This document shows positions 37,746 through 50,147 of a DNA stretch of 64,000 bases, piece after piece. The translations under genes and the position numbers were made by a program. Source of the stretch: Eledone cirrhosa (Eukaryota); the NCBI GenBank assembly GCA_964016885.1, contig OZ024740.1:21452001-21516000 (forward strand), in the 5' to 3' direction. The first letter of the stretch is position 1; each line of letters opens with the position of its first letter. Below the pieces are notes generated by a model that saw nothing but the letters and a program-made list of their open reading frames with translations, was not told the origin of the DNA and searched no databases.

Positions 37746-40700
37746 GATTTCATTTATTGGCCACAAGGGCTGACACGAAGAAAAACATTAGAGACGGCAC
37801 AGAACAGTACAGGAAGATATAAAGTGGGTTTTGGTCGTGTAAACAGGTTATAACAAAATTGGGCTAAAAATGAAAACAATTCAAACAACAATAATTCACC
37901 AAAAAGGGAGAAACCTCCGAGGGTCACTCGTAGCGAAAACCACACAAAAAGGCCACGGTCACGCTGACCACCAGGGCAAGCGCCCTCTCTCAGTTTTCTC
38001 ACTCTTCAATCTACAGGCGCATACCCAGAGCGGGTCCGTCCACTCGGACCAGACTCGCCACTTTCACCCACCATTCAACAAATTTACTAGAAGACGGCAC
38101 TTGCCTCTCTACCCTGATTTTTCTCTTCAAGTGAAACTTGAAAAAGTTAATCAGGGATTGGCCGAAGAGGAAAGTGTCCGTTTTCAACCCTTTCAACCTT
38201 GTCCACCACACAATCTCTTTCGCCATGGCCACCAGGCAGATGAAAACTTCCTGGCCTTCCTCCTCTTTAAAGGAGGATGGCGGGGCTATCTGCACAATGG
38301 ACTCAGTCGATAACCGGATCCGTCCTACACGCGACAGCAGCTGTTCGACATAGCTCCACAAGTCAGCAATCCTCGGGAACTGATCGAGTGCTTGCAGGAC
38401 AGCTTCGTCGTTCTGTGCGCATCTCGGACAGGCTCGGCTGACAGCACCTCCGTGCCTGTAGAGCTTATCCCGAACCGGTAACTCTTCCCGGTAACACTGC
38501 CAGGCCAGAGAATTTTGGAAGTTGTCCATAGGCTCCGGTCTGAAAGTTTTCTTGAAGCGAGTGAACAGCTGATCGTCTTCGACGCCCAGTGTCTCCCCGA
38601 GAACGTCGTCGCTCTTTCCCTCCACTAGCCCTCTATAGAACGCCGAGGTGGATGTTCCACCGATACTAGTGCCCAGCTGGTAGAGGGCCGTGAGCGCTTG
38701 GAGACATTCCAGTTTTCAAGCGCTATCCCTCGGTCTTTTCCTGATCCAGAACTGCAGCTCCGTCAAGGAGACGAGCTGGAGAAAAGTGCGTCTGGCAAAC
38801 GGCGACCACACCTGTTGATCGTCAAGGAAGCACCAGAGATGTCGCAGCCTCAGCACATGTTTGCGCATCATCAGCCACGGCATGCCTAGTCCTCCACGCA
38901 ACGGGTGTTGACAGCAAATAGATCGTCGTCCCTTCCACAAAAAGCGGAAGAGAAGGCGCTCCATTTGGGTCAGAGTTGGGCGGGGGTAAGGTACGGCGGT
39001 CAGGCGGTAGAAGATGACGGACGCTATGTCCGCATTCACCATCTCCGCCCGACCTTTCAGAGACAGCCTCCTCTCGGCCCATTTCTGGGTGAGAGAGGCC
39101 ACCTTGCTCGTCACCTCGCTCCAGTTTTTCTCCATCTGGAGGTCCGAACCGAACCAGATCCTGAGCAATTTAACCGGTCCTTCCATCCAGCGCCACACGA
39201 CGCTGTCGGACGGTATGGACTTGCCTCTCCAGGTGTCGAGTTGCAAGCCCACCGACTTTTCCTGGTTTATCTTTGCTCCTATCACCGCTTCGTATTCCTT
39301 GAGAGCGGTGCCGAGCATCTGGACGTGTTTGGTGCTCGACACCACCACAGTGATGTCGTCGGCGTAAGCTGACACGGATCTCCCGCATACCAGTTTGCGT
39401 GGGACTCTCCTCATCGTCTCCAATTTGTGCAGTATCGGCTCTAGAGCCAGTACGTACAAGAGGGACGAGAGGGGACAACCCTGGTGGACCCAGGGCATGA
39501 TGCTGAAAGGCGATCCAGCCCCTAAAAAGGGGCCCGAAGCCTGCCGCCTCGAGGACCGCAACCAGGTACCGATGGTCGACCCTATCAAATACTTTAGATT
39601 GATCCAAGTTGATCAGGGTCCCACCCGTGCCAGGTTCCTTAACCACCCTCTCTATGATGTATCGCATGAGATGGAGGTTATCGTGGATGGATCTGTCCGC
39701 ATGTCTGCGCCTCTCCCACCAGATCACCGACGACAAGCGCCAATCTCTTTGCTAACCACTTGGCTAGAATCTTAAACTCTGCGTTTAGCAGAGTTATGGG
39801 CCTGAAGTTGTCTATAACGTGCCCCTTGTTCGGGTCTTTTCTCAGCTGCGCCACCGCTCCCCGTCTCACAAAACTGGGAATGTTCCCGTTCTGCTGCCAG
39901 TTGCAGTAGATATCTGCCAAGAGGCTGCCGAACAAGTCTGGCATGTACGCATAAAGCTCGTCGGGTAGACTATACCTGGCGATTTACCCCTCGAGTAACA
40001 GGCAGACATCGCTTCCCGTATTTCACCTGCTGTTACCGGCTTTTCGCAGCACTGCGCTGCGGTCGTTGAGAGCCGCGGCAGTCTGTCGAGGTATGCACCG
40101 AAGTCCATACTCCGATCCGACTCGCCGCCGCTCGCGAACTATTGAGCAAAGTGCTGTTGAAAAGCCGCACAAATATGCTCGGGTTCGAGCAACATACGCC
40201 CGTTTTGATCAGGCAAAGACCGAATTGCGGATTTGTTGCCACGTCGCGCCTCCACCACCAGGGCCCATTGAACGGCTTTCGTCCCCTCGTCTTAGAGGAC
40301 GCGCTCTAGCTCTGACAACGCAGCCTTCGTGCTTTGCGTTGAACAATTGGTCGAGTGCCAATCTTGCCGCAAGCACGTCGGTTGCGATGCCTGTCCTAAA
40401 CGCCTCTTCTAGCTTTCTAACCAGCTCTCCCTCTACTCTATTTTCCTCTATCACTACTCCTTTGCTAAATGTAATCGGTTCTACTCTAATAGCCCTTTTC
40501 AGGGTAAACCACCACCTGTTGTTGACGATCGCACCGGTCAACGCACGCTTATCTAATTCACTAATCCGGTCTCGGTAAGCTTTGCGCGCCGGGAGTCTAT
40601 CTGAGTCAACTTCACAGATTACACATTTGTGGTCCATGTAGTCGACTACTTTAAATTGTGGACAACCTACACTAGCATTATCTGTTTCCCTACAGAATAC

Positions 40701-43569
40701 CCTATCTAAATACGATCTGGATGACCCGATGCGGTTTGCCCATGTCCACATTGGCACATTCGGATAATCCAGTATATACCTGTCAGACAGTTCAAAACGT
40801 CTGAGCAGGTTGTTGGGGCTTTTACATCGTCCTCCCCTGTCTACTAGCCCCACATAATCCCAGCGTACATCTAAGATACCGTTCCAGTCGTCCACTAACA
40901 CTAAAGAGCGGGACGTTCCAAGAAAGGGCTCTAGACGTCTGAAGAAATATGGCCGTCCTGCCCTTGGGGCGTAGTCTGAAAGCATTGCCTTCGCTGCCGG
41001 TCACGTCCAGCACCTACGACTTACCTTCTGGGTCCAGGAAGATGACCCGTATGGCGAGATCCAAGCTTCTCCGAAAAAGAACAGCAACTCCTTCCCCCGA
41101 TCCTGGACGGCTGGGAGATGCGTATACATCGTAGCCGCCGAAGATCGGTGCGAGGGCTCGTGCTTCGGTGATTCTGGTCTCGCTGATGGCCACCACATCT
41201 ATGTTTAGTGACCTGAGGTCGTTGAGCAGTTGACGCTGCTTCCAAGATGATCCCAGGGCACGTACATTTACACTTCATATTCTGAGTACGGCCATACTGA
41301 GTGAGGAACGGGGTAAGTGAGAAAGGATCACTTACCTTGATCATGTGGGGAAGGGACAGTAGAACCGTCCCTTCGGCTGGTCATGGGTGTCACCAAGATG
41401 ATATATGTATAGATTCTTTTGGAGAGTGGCCTCCTGAAATCCCCTAATGTGTAGGGGAACTTTTGTTTTAATTGTTTGTAATCTTCGAATTTCCACAATG
41501 TTAATATTTTTTGGTAATGTTCTTGGTGTTGGTGGGGTGTGGTAATTTATGTCTGTAATGTCTGTGTTGTTTTGTATGTTCCATTAATCCTTTGTGTGTG
41601 ATATTTATGGCTGTGTACTTTTTTGTGGGAGTGTTGATTTTGTTGCTGTTTTCTTGTTGTTGCTGTTGGATGTGTGTGCTTTGTTGTGTTTGCGATGTTG
41701 GTGTTTTTGGTGATGCCGGTGGTGATGTGGTTGTTGTTGGTGATGATGCTTGTGATGGTGGTGGTGTTCCTGCAATTCTCCTTGCAGCCTTTACCCCTCT
41801 TTCTTTGTTTCGCTTTTTGAGGGAGAAGCTGTGGTGCTTTTGCGTTTGTTTTTTTTTTGTTTTTTTTTGTTGACATCCGTTTTCCACTCCTCAGCCGCCT
41901 CATACTCCATGTCCGACTGGGAGAGGTCGGTGAGTGGTATGGGATTTACCCTCTCATTTGTCTTTGTTGTTGTTGGTGGTGGTGGTGGTGGTGGAGCCTG
42001 GTCTGCCGTTCTTGACACAGGTGCAGCTAGTGCAACTGTTTCTGTTGTTGTAGTTGCCGGCGCTGTTTTTGTTGTCCGTGGCTTTGGTGTGGGTGCAGGC
42101 AGACGTTGTCCTCCTACTTTCTGTAGAACCTCCCAACTTTTTCACTGACTGCTCTGTGTCTAATGGCAGCGGTTCCGGCGCTGGAAGGAGGGGGGCCTTC
42201 GCCTTTGTTATTTTCTCTGGGCAGAAGGCCTTGAGGTGAGACTTCGATCCACAGTTGAAGCACTTTGGGCGCCTTCCTTCAACAGATATGGGAAATTGGG
42301 AGCCATTCCCGAGGTTTATTACGTCGGGAATAGCGCTGATGCACTTCTGGTCGGTTTGGATGAGCATCTCCATTCCAATACCGGACCAGTCCTCTCTCCC
42401 CAACTTCTGTACCTGTAGAATGGTTGTTCTATCCTCAATGCCCGCAAGAACAGACACGACCAGCCAAGGCACGGGTACGTAAGGCGGGACCAGGGTTACC
42501 TTGACCTTTGGAATTGTTTTCCCGCAGTAAAACGGGACTAATGTTATGTCATCACTCTGTAGAGTCCTCAGTGAGTGCGATTTTGCTTCCTGGGTGGTAG
42601 CAAAAAGGATGTCCACGGTAGCATATTTCTTGCTTCGGGTGGTGTGGGTTCTCCGTGTCCACACAGTTCCCAAGGCCTTCTGGATTTGGGCCTCCGAGGC
42701 TCACTCCACACGATGCGATTTCGTGGCAATTGTGCAGTATGACACTATGCCTCGCTCTTGTTTCTCCAGGAAGTCGGTTGGTGGTTTGAAGGACACTGCA
42801 AAATCAGTTCTGGTTACCATGTGTGTTGCGACCGCCATCTCCTCCTCTGTGACCAGGACTGTTTCTACGTTGCAAGGCACCTTAGCAAAAGAGATGGTTT
42901 CTTTATCAGTGGCATCATTATTGCTGTCGCTACTGCTGCTACTGGTCTTATTGTTGGTGCTGTTGCTGTTGCTACTGCTACAAATGGTGTTGCTGTTGTT
43001 GCTGTTATCACTGTTGCAGCTGGTTGTGTCTTTGGTGGCGCTGTTGTTGTTCTCGGTGTAATTTTTATTGTTGCTGTTGGTGTTGTCTCTATTTGTTTTC
43101 AGGTTAGTGGTGCTAATATTGTTGCATTTGTTGTCATTTTTTCTCTTGTCTGTATTTTGATTGTCGCTGCTATTGTTGTGGTTGGTGTGGTCATTCTTTT
43201 TCAAAATTAGTGTTCTCAGTGTTGTTGTCATTGCTCTCTTTGTTCACGTTGTTTATGGTGGTGTTTGTTGTATCAATTTCTGTGTTCGCCGTAACCCTCC
43301 TCTCAACTTTTACGTCGTTGTCGCACGACAGCAGACATATCGCTGGGGGGCGTGGCTCAGCCATGTTTTTTTGTTTTTTTCGATAATTATTAAATGTAAA
43401 AAATTCAAATATTTGAGCCAAAAGGCCCAAATATTATACTTTCCCCTTCACAGGGAAAAGTCCAAGGGCTTATATCCCTTACACAACAACAAAAATTTAA
43501 CAATAAATAATTTATGACAGGTAAATAAAGAGACTTACGAGAGCGAGCAAAAAGACGTCCGAACAGACC
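37746..43569 (-). mobile_element. L1/Tx1-clade element E, full length, degenerate
   Basis: 5' end GGTCTGTTCGGACG, ORF1 ATG at 43364 with CFNCGSKSHLKAFC, EN/RT fragments with QGCPLS and YADD, AATAAA near the 3' end. Confidence 0.93.
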
Positions 43570-43766
43570 AATAATAATAATTGTTTCTACTTTTGGTAAA
43601 AGGCCAGCAATTATTCCAGGGTATTACTGGTACTTTATTTTATCGACCCCATAAAGGTGAAAGGTAAAGTTAACCTCGGCGGGATTTGAACTCAGGTTCT
43701 AAAGGGCCGTAACTCTTTTCTGCAAAGCATGGCGTCCGATTCTCTACCGATACTGCCAATCCACCA
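43570..43766 (-). mobile_element. tRNA-derived SINE, (AAT)n on both sides
   Basis: Same family as 19592-19793. Confidence 0.9.
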
Positions 43767-43788
43767 ATAATAATAATAATGATAATAA

Positions 43789-45352
43789 TTGCAAGGGCTA
43801 TTATCCACTGTGAAGCAGTTCAGCGATGATATTAAAATGGAGTTTGGACTAGATAAATGCACCAAAGCCACGTTCACCAGAGGAAAGCTGCTGAAAAGTT
43901 CAGACATTAATCTTGATCGGGGGAATGTGATAAGAGAACTTGATCAAGAAGAAACTTACAAATATCTAGGTGTTTGTGAAGGAGACGGAATCAAACACTC
44001 GACAATGAGGGAAAGGATAAGGAAGGAATGTTACCGCAGAGTAAGAGCAATCTTAAGAACGGAATTGAATGCAAGGAATAGGATCGATGTCATAAACACA
44101 CTTGCCATACCAGTAGTAACCTACAGTTACAATGTCATCAACTGGTCAAGCACAGAGATCCGTAGGTTCAATACGAAAATTAGAAAATTCTTAACCATGC
44201 ACAGAATGCATCACCGTAAGGCAGATACAGATAGAATTTATCTCCCTAGGAAAGAAGGAGGACGTGGATTAATGCAGTTAGATATTGCTTTGAAAACTAC
44301 AATTGGATTATCTACATATCTAAAGAAGGCAGATGATTGGATGATCAAACACATTTTGAAACACGAAAACATCAAAAAATCATATTCTATTACAAAATAT
44401 GCCGTAATGAACTACAAATTTCAGAAGTTCCCTTTACTGCTGAAATGAAAAACACAGGTAAAAGTAACAACAAAGAACGAACTACTAAAGAAACTGGCAA
44501 AGAAATGGCAAGAAAAGCCTCTGTATGGAAAATACCCAGAAAGAGCTAACAATCCTGATGTTGACAAAACTTTAATCCATCAGTGGTTGGCATCCTCTGG
44601 ACTGAAATCGGAGACTGAAGGACTGATTATATCAGCACAAGATCAGTGTCTGCCAACAAAAGATTATCAAGCCAACATCATAAAAAATGAATGCAACCCA
44701 TTATGCCGTGTATGTAAAAAACAACCAGAGATCATTGATCATATAATTTCAATGTGCAGTCCTATAGCTACAATACCTAAACAGGCACGACAGAGCTGCA
44801 CAATACATACATTGGATAATGTGTAAGCATTTTGACCTGCCCCATCAAAAGAATTGGTGGGAGCATCAACCACCTCCCGTACTTGAAAACGGTCACATCT
44901 CAATTTTGTGGAACTTTAGCGTCCAAACAGACCGAAAAATAGATGCAAATAGACCTGATATAATACTGAAGGACTTCAAATTGATATGTCCGTTCCTATA
45001 GACTAGAATGTATCTATAAAAACATTTGAAAAATTGAGCAAGTATAAAGACCTGAAAACAGAGACTGGAAAAATATGGAAGTTGAGAACTAAAACAATAC
45101 CAGTGGTTGTAGGCGCTCTAGGAATGATATCTAAGGGGTCTAATGATTACTTATCCCAAATCCCAGGAAACCCACGTATAGAAGAAATACAAAAGATAGT
45201 ACTAATGGGAACTGCCCTTATACTAAAGAAGATTCTGTCAATATAAGTACATCACAAGTCTAAACACCTAAAGAAACACGTGTGTGAGTTCTTTCTTGAA
45301 CATGGCGGACCTTCTTGTCTCTTGACGTCACTAGTTGTGACTTGGTGACAAC
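43789..45352 (+). mobile_element. R4/Dong-like RLE element, 5'-truncated, degenerate
   Basis: FSDDIKMEFGLDKC, YKYLG, RIYLPRKEGGRGL, SAQDQ, CRVC...HII, RPDII, IPVVVGALG. Starts after (AAT)n. Confidence 0.88.
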
Positions 45353-45356
45353 TATT

Positions 45357-45660
45357 TTTTGCTGGACCAGCAATCGCTCTGTATAATCAGCTCCTGATTA
45401 TTACTAGAATTCTATAAGAATCCAGCTTCTATAATTTTCGGCGGAAGCAGGTGAGTGCGTGGTTCCGATGAACGCCAGCCAGCGTGAAACAGAGTGTCAG
45501 CCCCTCTCCCCCTTCTTTCGCCGAAAAGAAGTAAGTGACATAGTCACTACTTTAAAACTGATAGCTTATAGTCTTCTAAATGTTTTTAATTAAACATACG
45601 GTATATTGCCAAATATACTATACATACATTCATGTATACATCGCTATTTCAGAGCTCCAA
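45357..45660 (+). mobile_element. Single unit of the hammerhead-bearing ~320-bp repeat
   Basis: Homologous to the reverse complement of 14141-14440. Confidence 0.75.
45461..45502 (+). ncRNA. Minimal hammerhead motif (C3-G8 form, U4C substitution)
   Basis: Stem I GGTT/AGCC, CCGATGA, stem II ACGC/GCGT, GAAAC, ACA-GAG-TGT stem III, GUC site at 45498. Confidence 0.55.
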
Positions 45661-46114
45661 TACATACATACACATACATACATATATACACATATACACA
45701 TCTATATATATATGTATATGTTACCTTATATGTTACATTGTTTACTAATGGATGGAACTGGTGATTCCGGTTAATAAATGATGATGCGATAAATTAAAGC
45801 ACCCGACGCTATACAGACCATCCATTATAGATGTGGTATCCAATGATTAGTGCAGGAAGGACGGAGTGAGATGTTCATTAAGAACGTCAACAGAAGGCCG
45901 GACTGGAAACTTTATCATTTTAATTCCCAGAAAACACTAAACATATTTCAATGTCCGAGCTTCATCATCTGAATATGATGCAAGACCCGGGCGATTTCAT
46001 CAGGTGTTAATTGCAGAATTAGTTATGTAAGAGAACAGATTTTTGGCGAACGCAAGCAAATAATAGAAAATAGAGGGGATAGCTCGCCGATTCCGTGTTA
46101 CTGTATTTCCCTGA

Positions 46115-47460
46115 TGGCGGTGTTGGTATTAGTGTTAATGTTGGTGGTGTTGGTGGTAGTGTTAATGTTGGTGGTGTTGGTGGTAGTGTTAATGGTGGTG
46201 GTGTTGGTGGTAGTGTTAATGGTGGTAGTGTTAGTGTTAATGGTGGTGGTATTGGTGGTAGTATTAAAGGTGGTGGTGTTGGTGGTAGTATTAATGGTGG
46301 TGGTGTTGGTGGTAGCATTAATGGCGGTGGTGTTGGTGGTAGTGTTAATGTTGGTGGTGTTGGTGTTAGTGTTAATGGTGGTAGTGTTAGTGTTAATGGT
46401 GGTGTTGGTGGTAGTATTAATGGTGGTAGTGTTGGTGGTAGTGTTAATGGTGGTGTTGGTGTTGGTGGTAGTATTAAATGTGGTGATGTTGGTGGTAGTG
46501 TTAATGGTGGTGGTGGTGTTGGTGGTGTTAATGGTGGTGGTGTTGGTAGCAGTATTAATAGTGGTGGTGTTGGTGGTAGTGTTAATGATGGTGGTGTTGG
46601 TGGTAGTGTTAATGTTGGTGGTGTTGGTTGTAGTGTTAATGGTGGTGGTGTTGGTGTTAGTGTTAATGGTGGTGGTGGTGGCGTTGGTGGTAGTATTAAT
46701 GGTGGTAGTGTTGGTGGTAGTCTTAATGATGGTGGTGGTAGTGTTAACGGTGGTGGTGTTGGTGGTGGTGTTAATGTTGGTGGTAGTGTTAATGGTGGTG
46801 TTGGTGTTGGTGGTAGTACTAATTGTGGTGGTGTTGGTGGTAGTGTTAATGGTGGTGGTGGTAGTGTTAATGGGGGCGGTGTTGGTGGTAGTGTTAATGG
46901 TGGTGGTGGTGGTGTTAGTATTAATGGTGGTGGTGTTGGTGGTAGTGTTAATGGTGGTGTTGTTGGTGTTAGTATTAATGGTGGTGGTGTTGGTGGTAGT
47001 GTTAATGATGGTGGTGGTGTTGGTGGTAGTGTTAATGGTAGTGTTGTTGGTGTTAGTATTAATGGTGGTGGTGTTGGTGGTAGTGTTAATGATGGTGTTG
47101 GTGTTGGTGGTAGTGTTAATAGTGGTGGTGGTGATGATGGTGTTAATGGTGGTGGTGTTGGTGGTAGTGTTAATGATGGTGGTGGTGTTGGTGGTAGTGT
47201 TAATGATGGTGTTGGTGTTGGTGGTAGTGTTAATAGTGGTGGTGGTGGTGATGGTGTTAATGGTGGTGGTGTTGGTGTTAGTATTAATGGTGGTGGTGTT
47301 GGTGGTAGTGTTAATGATGGTGTTGTTGGTGTTAGTATTAATGGTGGTGGTGTTGGTGGTAGTGTTAATGATGGTGGTGGTGTTGGTGGTATTGTTAATG
47401 GTGGTGGTGATGGTGTTAATGGTGGTGGTGGTGTTGGTGGTAGTGTTAATGGTGGTGGCG
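46115..47460. repeat. GGT-rich degenerate minisatellite (~21-27-bp units, GTTGGTGGTAGTGTTAATGGTGGT)
   Basis: Seen directly. Triplet-based, so it stays open in two frames. Confidence 0.9.
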
Positions 47461-47971
47461 TGAGATGGAGTGGGTGGTATTACTGATAATCTTATCTATT
47501 GATTGGTAATACAGTGAAGTGTAGTAACCTTCAAGAAGATTGTGTTAGATTCTTAATTCTATCAGTTCAGCTGAACGGATTAAACCACACACCACCACAA
47601 CCTTCACAACACCACCACCACCACCACCACACCTTCACAACACCACCACCACCACCACCACCACCACAACCACGTGGTGTTGGTGGTGTTGGTGGTGGTG
47701 GTGGTCAATAATAAAGGATTCTCATATGACGTTACTTGTCAGTGAATGTGAGAATAGTTGTGGTTACCGCCACCGCCACCGCCACCGCACCACCGCCACC
47801 ACCGCCACCACCACCAATACAAACAATCACATTGAAATATTTCTTCCCATCAGTCCATTACACAACACCACGATCTATCTCTCTCTCTCTCTATTTCTTT
47901 CCCTCCCCAAAACAAACGCCTCTCTCGCTCTCTCTTTCCACCCTTTCTGTTTGGTATTCATCTAAGGGCTT

Positions 47972-48074
47972 ATGGGTTCGATATCTAGCGAAGACCCTCC
48001 AGTATGGCGACTCGTTCTTGTAATCATTGGCGGTATTATTATACATCTCTCTCTTGGAACTGTCTATACATATG
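47972..48074 (+). CDS. Coding exon (first TM helix) of an MFS transporter, oxalate:formate antiporter-like
   Basis: MGSISSEDPPVWRLVLVIIGGIIIHLSLGTVYTYG resembles the N-terminal GGxxxHLxLGxxYxxGN motif of OFA/MCT-type MFS proteins. A pyrimidine tract and TAAG acceptor end at 47966, and a phase-1 donor G|GTAAGT is at 48074/48075. Confidence 0.7.
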
Positions 48075-48274
48075 GTAAGTACTCCTTAAACTCATATATA
48101 CACACATACATATATATACACACAGAGACACACATACATACATATATATACACAGAGACACACATACATATATACACATACACAGACATCTATTACTATT
48201 ACAACTACTACTACTTTCATACATACATACACACAAATACATACATACACACAAATACATACAGACATACATAC

Positions 48275-48390
48275 ATTTGCAAAATATTCTTGCGATTCAA
48301 GGTATGACAATTTCTTTTCTTTTACAACCTTGCCACCAGGAAGGTGGCCGGTCAAAAAAAATATACTCGAAATTAAGTGAAAGAGATAAC
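48275..48390 (+). mobile_element. 3' end of an RLE non-LTR element, flanked by (CATA)n
   Basis: ICKxFLRFKx* plus a 3'UTR shared with 51350-51488 and 51670-51820. Confidence 0.65.
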
Positions 48391-48462
48391 ATACATACAT
48401 ACATACATACATACATGATGGCTGCCCCCTCGTTATCGAGTATGGCCATTGCACGAAAAAAA

Positions 48463-48925
<463 letters not shown>

Positions 48926-48941
48926 TATCTATCTATCTATC

Positions 48942-48972
<31 letters not shown>

Positions 48973-48975
48973 CTA

Positions 48976-49016
<41 letters not shown>

Positions 49017-49021
<5 letters not shown>

Positions 49022-49435
49022 AACGAGTAGGACCCCGACGGCTGAGCTCAAGCCGTTTCGACGGCTAATTCTGGACTAAAATGTTTAAGTCCAGAATTAG
49101 CCGTCCAAACGGCTTGAGCTCAGCCGTCGGGGTCCTACTCGTTCCTATTACCCACTCTACTACCCTAAGTATTGAGTACTTTGGTGCTTTATGGTCCACC
49201 TAGTTCCTTACCACATTTCCTTCGTTATATATATATATATCTGGGACTTGACTCTTTCTTCCTCACTTTTCATTGCTTCCCCATCTTTGTTTGTTTACAT
49301 TCTCGCTCGTTCCCCTTATTTACGTGTCCCAACGACTTTCTTTAGCTGTTGCTCACACCAACCGGAGGTATATGGTCTTTAAAGCGTTGAAATACCAATG
49401 ATGGTTGGAAGATCACTGATGAAGGACTAACTTTA

Positions 49436-49438
<3 letters not shown>
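49017..49438 (+). mobile_element. Penelope-LTR-like repeat starting with a 132-bp near-perfect palindrome
   Basis: 61-bp arms with one mismatch. They contain the hammerhead 3' half GAAAC-GGCT..AGCC-GTC. A truncated CTGATGA lies at ~49416. Confidence 0.55.
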
Positions 49439-49531
<93 letters not shown>

Positions 49532-49595
49532 TATTAATAACAATAATAATAATAATAACAACAATAATAATAACAACAACAACAACAACAATAAT

Positions 49596-49750
49596 GATTT
49601 CTTTATTAACCACAAGGGTTTACATAAAGTAGACATTAAGGACAGTGCAGGACAATGCAGGACGGTACAAATGGGCATTTCTGCGTGTAAAAAACAAAAA
49701 CAGAGGATGTAACAAAAATAACAATGAAAATAACAATGAAAAATTCCCCA
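49596..49750 (-). mobile_element. 3'UTR-only copy of the Tx1 B/D family, inside (AAT)n
   Basis: Matches 30942-31080. (AAT/AAC)n on both flanks. Confidence 0.88.
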
Positions 49751-49849
49751 ATAATAATAATATACATATACAATAATAATATACATATACATATATATAT
49801 ACACACACACGCACACACATAAACATATCTATACACACACACACACACG

Positions 49850-50115
49850 ATAGCAACTAACAGCGCTGCGATCGAATGTGGCTTTTTAGCCTAGCCAATG
49901 ATCTAAAATGTCTTGCACAGAGTCGGCAACCAAAACATTCACTGGGAATAGCCGGCTGTGGTTGGAGTTCATGTACTTTTGCATGTCGCTTGAGCCCTCC
50001 TGCTGATTTACATTCTCTACCACATGCTTGGCAAGCATGGTGAGTAGCATCTCCAACAGCAGCCTGGTAGTCAACCACTGGTCTTACTTTATGACTGCGA
50101 AGATGACGAGTCTCG
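49850..50115 (-). mobile_element. RTE-like 3' fragment encoding C-terminal C2H2-type zinc fingers
   Basis: CQACGRECKSAGGLKRHAKVH and CRLCARHFRSLARLKSH just before a stop, followed by a (GT)n tract. Confidence 0.55.
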
Positions 50116-50147
50116 CACATAATGCATACATACATACATAAAAAAAT

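Noticed and set aside
20750-43517. Numerous plus-strand ORFs within the Tx1 elements
   Set aside because: Antisense shadows of GC-rich or low-complexity coding sequence with no recognisable domains.
19891-43569. Telomeric HeT-A/TART-like retrotransposon array
   Set aside because: No telomeric repeats or chromosome end; junctions are (ATT)n and a host exon lies nearby.
19891-43569. Segmental tandem duplication as the origin of the four elements
   Set aside because: Copies are divergent and mosaic with distinct spacers, which fits independent insertions.
46095-47486. 463-aa Gly-rich (or 449-aa Val-rich) structural protein
   Set aside because: The triplet minisatellite is open in two frames by composition; no credible ATG start or signal peptide.
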